Shown here one piece after another: positions 50,988-62,109 of a DNA stretch of 62,109 bases. The position numbers and the translations under genes are program-made. Origin of the DNA: Octopus bimaculoides (Eukaryota); the NCBI RefSeq assembly GCF_001194135.2, contig NC_068981.1:74494174-74556282 (forward strand), in the 5' to 3' direction. The first letter of the stretch is position 1. Every line of letters begins with the position of its first letter. Under the pieces are notes generated by a model, which saw nothing but the letters and a program-made list of their open reading frames with translations, was not told the origin of the DNA and did not search any database.

Positions 50988-51425
50988 ACTCTTTACTCTT
51001 TTACTTGTTTCAGTCATTTGACTGCGGCCATGCTGGAGCACCGCCTTTAGTCGAGCAAATCGACCCCAGGACTTATTCTTTGTAAGCCTAGTACTTATTC
51101 TATCAGTCTCTTTTGCTGAACCGCTAAGTTACGGGGACGTAAACACACCAGCATCGGTTGTCAAGCGATGTTGGGGGGGGACAAACACAGACACACAAAC
51201 ACACACATATATATATATACATATATGGGAGAATGTACGAAAAAAAAACAACAGACGAGGACAGGTGGTGTAAACAACAAAAGGATGTATTAGTTTAACG
51301 CTCGGGAATACAGAAAGTCTTTAACGTTTCGAGCTACGCTCCGACGGGCTTCTTCCAGTTTCCATCTACCAAATCCACTCACAAGGCTTTGGTCGGCCCG
51401 AGGCTATAGTAGAAGACACTTGCCC
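50988..51425 (-). mobile_element. Family-A SINE, 5'-truncated, with a foreign insert in its (TA)n tract
   Basis: Body and tail are near-identical to 40533-40957. Confidence 0.9.
51227..51341 (-). mobile_element. 115-bp insert, probable Penelope-like terminal-repeat fragment with the 3' half of a hammerhead motif
   Basis: Minus strand begins GAGC-GTA-GCTC-GAAAC-GT-T; the CUGANGA half is absent. Confidence 0.45.
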
Positions 51426-51781
51426 TGTATTGCAGTATACATATGTAGCTGAGTATTTTAGGTGTAATCCCTAGCTATAATCTGCATGACATGTATCATT
51501 GGGATGACCTTTGAATTAATAGAAACACAGTTCTTGTAACAGGCTTCCTCACAGTTTCTTTCTATGCAATTTCACTGAGAAGAACTTAATAACTGATGTT
51601 CATACACAAACACACTTGCATACATATACATTCATACATACTCTCACATGAATTTACATTCACCATCAATATGATCACCAGAATATATATTTACTACTGA
51701 ATGAATAAGAGCAATATTATATTTCATGATGCCCTCATATCTTCTCATGCACTTGCTCACACTGATGCTGTCTGTTTCTGT

Positions 51782-51822
<41 letters not shown>

Positions 51823-52461
51823 TCACCCACTCAGACACTCACTCTAGACACTTGGACAAACATATGTTCTTGTTTTTATATCCACACGTTTGCACATACA
51901 TAGTCATGCATACACACGCGTATACATACATACATACATACATACATACATACATCCACACATGAACACTAAATGTCATTAATTTGAATTTGAAAATTTG
52001 CATCAAACTATACTTCTGGAAATCAAACCATTTGTTTTTTTTTTCTTATGTTAGTATTTGCATTGTCAGGCTGTCATTTCTCTCTATACATCTACATATC
52101 ATCTTACTCCCCACCCCATGCTTTTGTGTTTCCCCCTGGCCCTTCTGCTTTCCTCTACCATTACAATACCCCACTTTATCACCCAACTGTTCATCATACT
52201 GTGTCAAGTTTTATGAAACAGAATTCAGTGGAAGTAACCACGTTACATATACACTTAAAAGTTAACAATGTTCTACTTGAGCTAACAAAACAATCATTTT
52301 TTTACTTTCGCTGACATACTGAAGATGAAATCTTAAATTTCTGGTGAACTTCAGCAGAAAGTTAGAAACAAAAGTCTCTTTTAACCCTTCAGAAATTTTG
52401 AGAGAAAAAAAAAAGAAAAGAAAAGAAGAGCTGTTATTTATTTTGTTTCATAAATCATACT

Positions 52462-52821
52462 TATTCTTTTACTTGTTTCAGTCATTTGACTGCGGCCATG
52501 CTGGAGCACCGCCTTTAGTCGAATCAAATCGACCCCAAGACTTATTCTTTGTAAGCCTAGTACTTATTCTATCGATCACTTTTGCCGAACTGCTAAGTTA
52601 CTGGAACCTAAACACACCAGCATCGGTTCTCAAGCGATGTTGGGGTGGAGGTGGGGGGGCAAACACAACAGATACATACNNNNNNNNNNNNNNNNNNNNN
52701 NNNNNNNNNNNNNNNNNNNNNNNNNNNNNNNNNNNNNNNNNNNNNNNNNNNNNNNNNNNNNNNNNNNNNNNNNNNNNNNNNNNNNNNNNNNNNNNNNNNN
52801 NNNNNNNNNNNNNNNNNNNNN

Positions 52822-52858
<37 letters not shown>

Positions 52859-53033
52859 TATAGAGATTATATACATATATACAACGGTCTTCTTTCAGTT
52901 TCCGTCTACCAAATCCACTCACAAGGCTTTGGTCGGCCCGAGGCTATAGTAGAAGACACTTGCCCAAGGTGCCACGCAGTGGAACTGAACCTGGAACCAT
53001 GTGGTTGGTAAGCAAGCTTCTTACCACACAGCC
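52462..53033 (-). mobile_element. Family-A SINE with an N gap in its internal microsatellite
   Basis: Tail at 52462, head at 53033, gap 52680-52820. Confidence 0.9.
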
Positions 53034-53925
53034 TATGACTTTTTCTCAACATGCTTTAACTTCAGTAGGTATTGGCATGGCTGTTAAGCTATGTGTTTAA
53101 GAAGTTTGTTTCACAACAGTGTGCTTTGGATTCAATCCGACTGTGTAGCACTTCAAACAAGTGTTTTCTACTACAGCCCCAGGCAACTGACCAAGGCTTC
53201 TAGAGAGGATTTGGCAGACAAAAATCAAAAGATGCCTGACATATATACATAAGCCCATTGTGTGTATGTAACTATATATATAGATATATGCTGGACTGTA
53301 TAGGTTCCCTAGATTATCCAATGGAAGAATTCACAGAGTGACTAACAACTAGTTGTAGATACAGACATTGGATACTGACCGTTGTAGTTAGCCAGCATCC
53401 GGAACCCAACTGAGAGCTAACACTGTCTCCGCCCAGATAATATATCTTTACAACCTTACTTATATATATGTGTGTATGTGTGTGTCTCTTGTAAAAAGCA
53501 CCCAGTACACTGTAAAGTGGCTGGCATTGGGAAGGGCATCTCACCATAGAATCTATGGTATGTATGACAAATGGAGTCTGGTGTACCTCTCTAGCTTGCC
53601 AGCTCCTGTTGAATTGTCCAACCCATGCTAGTCTGGAAGACGGATGTTAAATGATGATGACATCAATGATGTGTGTGTGTGTTTGTGTTACTGCTTAGAT
53701 TGAGGGTCATGGTTGTAATTATGTAGGTGGTGTCCTTCATTTCTTATTTTCCATGGAAACATGTCAAGTCATGGGGAAATATTACCTTACTTGGAAACAG
53801 ACAGGGGCCGGCAACAGGAAAGGGTATTTGACTGTAGAAAGGCTGCCTCAACATATTCCATCTGTTTCATGGTTAGGCTGAAACAGTGAATATTAAAATG
53901 ATTAAAATATTAAAATATTAATATA

Positions 53926-54098
53926 GGCGTAGGAGTGGCTGTGTGGTAAGTAGCTTGCTTACCAACCACATGGTTCCGGGTCAGTCCCACTGTGTGGCAC
54001 CTTGGGCAAGTGTCTTCTACTATAGCCTCGGGCCGACCAAAGCCTTGTGAGTGGATTTGGTAGACGGAAACTGAAAGAAGCCTGTCGTACATATGTAC

Positions 54099-54133
<35 letters not shown>

Positions 54134-54143
54134 NNNNNNNNNN

Positions 54144-54176
<33 letters not shown>

Positions 54177-54374
54177 CGTTTGTGTGTGTTTGTGTTTGTC
54201 CCCTTGACAACCAATGCTGGTGTGTTTGCGTCCCTGTAACTTAGCGGTTCGGCAAAAAGAGACTGATAGAATAAGTACTAGGCTTACAAAGAATAAGTCC
54301 CGGGGTTGATTTTCTCGTCTAAAGGCGGTGCTCCAGCATGGCCGCAGTCAAATGACTGAAACAAGTAAAAGAGT
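53926..54374 (+). mobile_element. Family-A SINE (full length)
   Basis: GGCGTAGGAGTGGCTGTGTGGTAAG ... ACAAGTAAAAGAGTA. Confidence 0.92.
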
Positions 54375-56462
54375 ATAAGTATAAATATTGTTACTGTTTA
54401 TGTGGCACATTTAATATTCTGTATATGTTATACTTTACATAATTAAAACTTCCATGGAATTGGCACCATATCATCTATATCAACATAATAAAGCTGGTTT
54501 GGCCTCTGGAAATGTTTGAACATAAGATGGACTGGCATCCTATGTTAGTGATAAATTTATTTCTCATTCATTTAATGTTTTGAGCTCAGAGTTAATCACT
54601 GATCCTTATGAATCCTTAAACTCTTTGTAGTATATCCCTCTCCATTCTTTTTTTAACAATTATAAATTAGGTCTAAAATTAATTCACTTTTATAAATTTG
54701 ATCAAGGCTAATTGAAATAATGATTTGTAATTCATATAGATTATAAGAGTCAGTTTGAAATTGATTTATTACCGTTATTAGCTCATTAAGCCAACAGCAG
54801 CTAAATCCAATTGGATACTTTTGATATAATTTTAGGCAGCAGTTAAAGCCTAGAACCAACAGCAACATAAAAGCAACAGTTACATTCCTTTTTGAAGTCT
54901 TTTGATGACTGGTCTTCTACAGTCACATAATTGCAATTCATATAATAGAAGTTAAATGGATAAAGAAAAATGGCCAACTATAACACCCATGGTACATAAT
55001 TATGTGTGTAAAATACATGCTATTATATGTAATACGTAATATAATTTATTCCCCCTTCCACCATAAAGAAAAGGGAATGACATTATTCCCAGTCTGGAAT
55101 GAAAAACACAAAAACAACAAATATTACCCAAACCCTTGGAATTCTTTACACACACACTTACCCTCTCTCTCTCTTTCTCTTGAATTTTTTTTTGCAAGTC
55201 TAAACATGCTTCACATAATCAAGATTGCATTATGAGGCCCACTGTTCAGGTTGTCTATTGTTATGCACAAAATATGTTCTACTTTATAGTTATAGCATAA
55301 AATACACTATATCTGATAGAAATAAATCTTTCACCATTCAAAATCTTTATTTTGCAAAATGCCCTAGCATCTCAGACTGTGAAACTTTCATAGTTATTAG
55401 ATCAAAAGCCTCTGTTTTTATGTAGTGTATATCTAGATCAAGTCTTAACCCATCTCTCTATCACTTATACACACACATGGCTTTGTATGAGAGAATATGA
55501 ATTCTAACTCATTGATAAACTGATGAAGCAAAGATCATCTTTATTTATTTATTTAATCTTTTCTTAGCTAGGGGAGTAGTCAGGGCCTAGGACATGTTAC
55601 AGGGCCTAATTAATGGGAGCGAAAGAAGAAATCCTCAAACTTGGGGCCTGGTTTGAATGCTTTCAACAGAGTGGACTCTGCTAAAAGTATCCTGGGTGAA
55701 GGAATGATACAAAAAAAAAAAATGTCTTCATTTATATTCATCAGAGTAAAATGTTTTCTTAACAGTCATAGAATTAACAATATGCTAAAAGAATCTTTTT
55801 AAACATATGTTGTAGAATATGTTCTAGGTTTTCTAATATTAACATGTTTCTTATATCCCTCCCTTTCGTCTTTTGTAACTCTTTTCCTCTGATTTTCTTT
55901 TCTCTTTGTTTGTTAGAAGTGCTGGCATTATGTAACCACTTGTTTTATGTTTAGTTGTATTTAGACATGTTACAGCATGTTTATTAACTACTACGCCACC
56001 TTCATTTATATTATGGTAAAACAGCTATATTAGTGCTATCTTCATTGAATCATTGCAAACTGAATAGAAAAGTAAAATAAATATTTTTTTTTAATCCTTC
56101 AACAGCTGAACTTGACATTTGTAATTTGTTTCAATTCTTCAGAGAACAGCTGTTAGAAGGAAAGAGACTGTATTGTCTATAAGTTTTTTGTGCAGTGTAT
56201 GTAATTCAGCTGCTCTTTTGGAACATATCTAACCAGATGTATCCAGCTTCACTGGACAGATTTCACATATCTCTCAAAATTAAACATATTAACATGTTCA
56301 GCTAATGAAGGAATGTAGTCGTTATTTACTGACTTAATGTAATGAGTAAGTCTAACTTCACGAATGCTTTAGAGTTTTTTGTTTTGAAATTCCAACTGTA
56401 TGTTTTTAATTTTAAATCTTACTAGAGAATTATTGTCAAAGAAAGCATTATTATTATTATTA

Positions 56463-57268
56463 TTATGGTGAGCTGGCAGAATCATTAGTATTTTGGGCTA
56501 AAATGCTTAGCGGCATTTTGTCTGTTTTTACATTCTGAGTTCAAATTCTGCTGAGGTTGACTTTGCTTTGCATTCCTTTCAGGGCCAATGAAATAAGTAC
56601 CAGTTGAGAACTGGGGGTCAATGTAATCAACTTATTCCCTCCCCTACAATTACTGACCTTGTACCAAAATTTGAAACCATTATTATGAGGTCAGCTTCGT
56701 CGTTTATCCTTTTGGGGTTAATAAATTAAGTACCAATGGAGCAGTAGGGTTGATATAATCAACTATCCCTTTCCTCACAAATTTCAGGCCTTGTACCTTT
56801 GGTAAAAATGATTATTGTTATTAGAAGTAGTAAGGTGATGAGCTGGCTGAATTGTTAGCATGCCACACAAAATGCTTGGCAGCATTTCATCCATCCTTAC
56901 GATCTGATTTCAAATACTGCTGAGGTTGACTTTGCCTTTTGTCCTTTTGAAGTTGGTGTCTCCTAAAATTTCAGGCTTTGTGCCTTAGTAGAAAGGATTA
57001 TTATTATTATTATTATTATAATCAGTATTCAGCAAGGTGGTGTGCTGGTAGAATCGTTAGTATGCCAGCCAAGATGCTTAGCTGCATTTCGCCCAGCTTT
57101 ACGTTCTTTCAAATTCCACTGAGGTCAACTTTGCTTTTCATCCTTTCAGGGTTGATGAAATAAGTACCAGTTATGTAGTGGGGTCGATGTAATCAACTAG
57201 TCTCCTCCCCCACAATTTCAGGCTTTGTGCCTATAGTAGAAAGGATTATTATTATTATTATTATTATT
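56463..57268 (+). mobile_element. Head-to-tail array of four family-B SINE copies/fragments separated by (ATT)n
   Basis: Heads at ~56467, ~56836 and ~57035, with a headless body at ~56690; tails end AGAAAGGATTATTATT. Another 5'-truncated copy lies at 57818-57960. Confidence 0.8.
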
Positions 57269-57503
57269 AATGAGTGAGAGAGCAGTGCATGCCATCAAAG
57301 TGATGCTGGGGTAAAATATACGAAGCCCATTATACCCATCATGACTACCCGTCTGATTAGGGTACACCAGGCACATGCATCACAACCATATGTGCGTGAC
57401 ATGGTGATCTCATATCAAAATAAACAGCGCATGACCTCGCAAGTAGGGCCCAATTAGAATTTTCTTCAGGTCGAGTAGCCCATCCCGCTCAAAAGGTCCC
57501 TGA
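57269..57503 (-). mobile_element. 3' end of a (TAA)n-tailed non-LTR element (R4/Dong-like, inferred)
   Basis: Non-coding segment flanked on both sides by (ATT)n; on the minus strand it ends CTCTCACTCA-(AAT)n. Confidence 0.5.
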
Positions 57504-57542
<39 letters not shown>

Positions 57543-57545
<3 letters not shown>

Positions 57546-57817
57546 TAGTCTTATTTTTATCATGTGTTTTCACTGCACTACCGAGTGCAGCTCTGTGTGC
57601 CTTAGGAAAATGCTGTAGTTTGTTGTGGTGCTCTTAGTTACACTGTATTGAAAGTGCCTTATGTAAGATGTGCACGGTGCCTAGTAGTGCTATTTTCTGT
57701 ATGTTTTATACATTTGTAAGTCCTGGTGTTTTGGTTATGTATTTGTCTGAATGTTTCTTAATCATACCTAATGCACCTATTATTGTAGGGATTGTTTCTG
57801 TTTTTAGGCTCCACATT
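57543..57817 (-). mobile_element. R4/Dong-clade LINE 3' fragment (C-terminus of the restriction-like endonuclease)
   Basis: MWSLKTETIPTIIGALGMIKKHSDKYITKTPGLTNV*NIQKIALLGTVHILHKALS, then a 3'UTR and (AAT)n tail at 57505-57542. Confidence 0.8.
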
Positions 57818-58772
57818 TGAGTTCGACTTAGCCTTTCATCCTTTCAGGGTTGATAAATTAAGTACCAATGAAACACTGGGGTCGATATAATTGACTGTCC
57901 TCCCAGCACACAAATTTCAGGCCTTGTGCCTATAGTAGAAAGGATTGTTGTTGTTGTTGTTGCTACTTAGTCTGGAAAAGAATGCTGCACCCACAAACCC
58001 TTTAGTTGTTTCATGTCTCAGAGACTGGTAGGAGAGGGGGTTGGTGGTGGAGTTACTTTCAAACGAGTGATGTGGTCTCAATGCTTGCAACAAGTGAACT
58101 CCACTAAAGGCATCCAAGGCCCAGGTGTTAAATATTAAATGAAGCTCTAGATTAAGTCTACTATACAAGAGTATCATCTTGCAATACAGAAAGGAACACT
58201 TAGAGTATTGGTTGATGAAGTTTTTTGATCAGTTACTTTTAGTTAATGTTTATCAGGTTTACTAAGCAATTACTTTTCTTTTTTTTTAGCTATTTAATAT
58301 CTGTTTCTCATTTCTAGCAGAGGTGCGATTGTAGTTTTTTAGAACAATTAACTATTCTACCAGGAAGTATGACTCAGTTCTGTTTTTTGTCTGACAGGTA
58401 AACTAGAGCAAACAGTTACATTATCTTTCTTGTCACCGGTATAATATAATGAGTGTAATAAGATTTAAAAACATGAATATGTAATCAGGAGTTGAACATC
58501 TTAATCGTGTATCTTTTATGCTTTTGAGATGATGTGGAAAGCCTATGTTAGGATTAGTCAATGTCTAAGATCAGTCAAAGCCAACCAAAGTATATTCACA
58601 CATAAAAGCTATCTGTAGACAGAGAAACACAAATTGTTAGGTTAAGGGTTTAGTAAACTTAAACTGCTTCAAACACATGCACTGGTTCAGTATCACTTCT
58701 TTATTGTTAATTAGTCATAATGACACTCCCAAGAAAGACACAAGATTTGTTTCAGCACAGAAATTTACATCA

Positions 58773-58938
58773 GGCGTAGGAGTGGCTGTGTGGTAAGTAG
58801 CTTGCTTACCAACCACATGGTCCCTGGGTTCAGTCCCACTGCGTGGCATCTTGGGCAAGTGTCTTCTACTATAGCCTCGGGCCGACCAAAGCCTTGTGAG
58901 TCGATTTGGTAGATGGAAACTGAAAGAATCCCGTCGTA

Positions 58939-58971
<33 letters not shown>

Positions 58972-59137
58972 GCTGGTGTGTTTATGTCCCCATAACTTAG
59001 AGGTTCGGCAAAAGAGACCGATAGAATAAGTACTAGGCTTCCAAAGAATAAGTCCTGGGGTCGATTTGTTCGACTAAAGGCGGTGCTCCAGCATGGCCAC
59101 AGTCAAAAGACTGAAACAAGTAAAAGAGTAAAGAGTA
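58773..59137 (+). mobile_element. Family-A SINE (internal deletion after the TA tract)
   Basis: Intact head and GAGTAAA tail repeats. Confidence 0.9.
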
Positions 59138-59992
59138 TCAAGAATCTTGCAAACCAAATACAAAATCAATGCTTTAAGCATTTCTTGTTCTTGTGGCATA
59201 TGAAACATTGTGCACATAAATATTTACGCACAAACAACCATATATTTAAAGTGGCACGTAAAAAAACACCCAGCACAGTTTAAGTAGTTGGCATTAGGGA
59301 GGGCATCCAGCCATACAAACCACCACAACAGACAATTGTCAAACTGTCCAACCCATGCCAACATGGAAACCAGACATTGAACAACGATGATGATGATGTA
59401 TGCTCATGCATGAATGTACAAACACATATGCATAGGTTTAATGCATGATTCATAAATACTCATATATGAGGGAATAATTTGAAAAAGAGATTTTTTTTAA
59501 ACACCTTATGTTTATTCATTGTCTGATTCAAATGCAACATAAAACATTTTATGATATAGATGTGCTTCAATGATTTTATATAGACCTGAAATATATACAC
59601 ATGCCAGTGAATTACATAAGCATTATCTTTCAGCTCAGTTGCTTGAGAAATGACACTGTTCATAGAAATATAAGAAAGTTTGAAAAAAGTATTTTTTCTC
59701 TTTTAGAATAAAATTTAAATAGGTTCAAAACTTACCTGATGTATTGGTTGAGGTGAAGCACATTATTCTTATTTTTATAGAAATTGCTGAGAAATAGCTA
59801 ATATTTCTACTTTGAACTTCACTGTTGAGTAGTTGATGCATTACTATGTTTGTTAAGTTGAAATGTTGTTCCTCTGAATTTTATAACCAGCCAATTTATG
59901 CTGCTTTATTATAAATGGTTTATTTTTGTCTTTTATCCTATTATACAAACTTTTACTATTCTCTAGAAGTATACGATTTATTATTATTCTAT

Positions 59993-60368
59993 TCATGGTT
60001 TCGGGTTCAGTTCCACTGCATAGCCTCTTGGGCAAATGTTTTCTACTATAGTCCCAGACTGATTAAAACCTTGTGAGTGAATTTGGTAGATGGTAGCTGA
60101 AGAAAATACTATCGTGCATACGTGCACACGTGTGTGATGTTTTTGTCTCTTCGTCTTGAAATCACTTGATTGTTGTAAATGTATGGCATTCATTTCTAAT
60201 ATTCTGCAAAAAATATGTTTGCCCTGGTGGGGGAAATATTATCTGCTTGGAAACAGGTATGGGTTGGCAACAAGAAGTGCATCCAACCATAAAAAATCTG
60301 CCTCACTAAACTCTGTCTGACCCATGCAAGCATGGAAAAGTGGATGTTAAAAAGATGATAATGATGAT
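59993..60368 (+). mobile_element. Family-E SINE
   Basis: A-type CORE plus GGGGAAATATT...GAAGTGCATCC...GGAAAAGTGGATGTTAAA-(GAT)n. Confidence 0.75.
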
Positions 60369-61262
60369 TCAATTTTACCATCTTTTACTATTCTGCTTTT
60401 TTTTTTAATATACCAGCTGTTACCATGTTATTGAATTATACCAGCTTTCAGTTCTAGCAACTGTTAATATTCTTTACAATTACACAAAATATTTTCTTCA
60501 GTTATACCAATCATAATATTCAAGTTTACTAACTCTATAATTTCATTTTACTCAGCCATGCCAAGTATTAGTAACTCTACCAATTGTGATACTGCTTTGC
60601 TTTGATACTTTTTCTCACTATGTGCTACACCACAACCATCTCTGTTAAGCCTCACAAGTACTGTCGACATTTTTGTAGGTGTATCATCTCTGTGGTTTGT
60701 GAGTTAGTGTAGAATTTTATGTTGTTGCCTACAAGAAGGGTTTCCATGGCAATGTTTGATCAGGTGCAGCACCATACCATAGTGTTAAGTACAAAAGTCA
60801 CTTGTTTCAAGTTTACTTATTGAGTTAGGTTAATAAAGTTTCTTTTGTTTGTACAAAAACCTTTAGCCTTAAGCCTGACATACATTAATTAGGCTTTGTA
60901 CAAAAAGCCCATCAAAATTAGAAAATAAAACTGAAGTTGTGGCATTCATCTGTTTTTCAATGGCATTAGTAAAATGTAGTGAAGTTAAGATGGTATTAAC
61001 GAACAAAAAAAAAGTAGGGGGTTTGATTTGTTTAAGGCAAATAGGTCTGTTCTATTATGTCACTTCTCTATATAAAATATTAAGTTTGAATGCGTTAAAA
61101 CAATTGAACTTTTTCTTTCACTTCTGCTAGGCAATATTTCTATATACACACACACACACGTATGTATATGTGTGTATGAGATAGAGAGACGATTTTATGT
61201 TAGAATACTTCTATATATTCATTCCTATTCAGTTTTACATTTGTATTTCTGTGTTAGCATGG

Positions 61263-61418
61263 GTTTGGCGTTAGGAAGGGCATCCAGCTGTAGAAACTCT
61301 GCCATATCAGATTGGAGCCTGGTGTAGCCATCTGGTTTCACCAGTCCTCAGTCAAATCGTCCAACCCATGTTAGCATGGAAAGCGGACGTTAAACAACGA
61401 CGATGATGATGATGATGA
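61263..61418 (+). mobile_element. Family-D element, young
   Basis: TGGCGTTAGGAAGGGCATCCAGCTGTAGAAACTCTGCC...GGAAAGCGGACGTTAAAC-(GAT)n. Confidence 0.88.
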
Positions 61419-61922
61419 GAGCTGAATGCCCTTCATGTCACTAACCCTTATCTGCTTTTCAAGTAAGGGATCTCTTTTTCGAAGTCTTTGAAAGTGCACT
61501 GAGTGGACAGTTCAATGTCAAGGAAATGACAGAAAACTTTACTGTTTATAGCCAGTGTTTTTACATGCAAAGCAATGCAGGTTGTAAGCATTTACACAGA
61601 TATACACACTCACGTGAAAGGCTTTGTACAATTTTCACTTACCATATTCACTCACAGAGTGTAAATTAGCCTGGGGATAACAGCAGAAGACATTTACCCA
61701 AGGTACCACACAGGAGGAGGATTGAACTCAAAACCATGTGATTCAGAATTAAACATCTTAATCATAAAAGCCATAAAACTCCCCCCCCCTTAACTTGGTT
61801 TCTCAACACTTATGATAAAGTTGTAAGAGTATCAGTCTGACATGTGTCTTGGGCATTTTTAAAACTAGCAGAGCCCATGTCTTTACTAGTCTAAACACAA
61901 CTGATTTCCTCCTCCTTCTCCT

Positions 61923-61923
61923 T

Positions 61924-61982
<59 letters not shown>

Positions 61983-61986
61983 GTGA
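61923..61986. repeat. (GA)n microsatellite
   Basis: Seen directly. Confidence 0.95.
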
Positions 61987-62109
61987 AGAAGCAACCTAGT
62001 ACAGGACTGGTACTTTATCGACCCTTAGAAGATGAAAGGTAAAGTGTTGATCGCAGTGGGATTTGAACTCAGAGTGTTGGAAAGATTATCTGAATCTCTA
62101 AGGACTCAC

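Overview
AT-rich, repeat-dense eukaryotic DNA. The SINE and microsatellite content points to an octopus genome (inference; species not verifiable here). The only supportable host gene segment is the first coding exon of a laminin gamma chain gene (+ strand). Its signal peptide starts at ATG 8350, the N-terminal part of the LN domain ends at a phase-1 GTAAGT donor (8801), and an unexpected open in-frame leader of 150 codons starts at ATG 7900. No exon 2 was found, so the remaining ~53 kb reads as intron 1. The rest is mobile DNA: a dead hAT (Charlie/SPIN-type) transposon, CR1, RTE and R4/Dong LINE fragments, several tRNA-headed SINE families built from shared modules, piggyBac- and hAT-type MITEs, a Helentron-like element and Penelope-like terminal-repeat relics. 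The most unusual signals are: (i) hammerhead-ribozyme motifs in the intron, one nearly intact (47390-47434) and one fully reconstructable from the two arms of an inverted repeat (50435-50587); (ii) the long N-terminal leader on laminin gamma; (iii) a sharp CpG-rich to CpG-depleted transition near 20.4 kb; (iv) closely spaced inverted SINE pairs that could form long dsRNA in the pre-mRNA; (v) (TAA)n-targeting LINEs nested in SINE tails. All analysis was by eye and no searches were run. Repeat boundaries are approximate (about +/-10-20 bp) unless TSDs or TIRs are quoted. Family letters A-J are my own labels.
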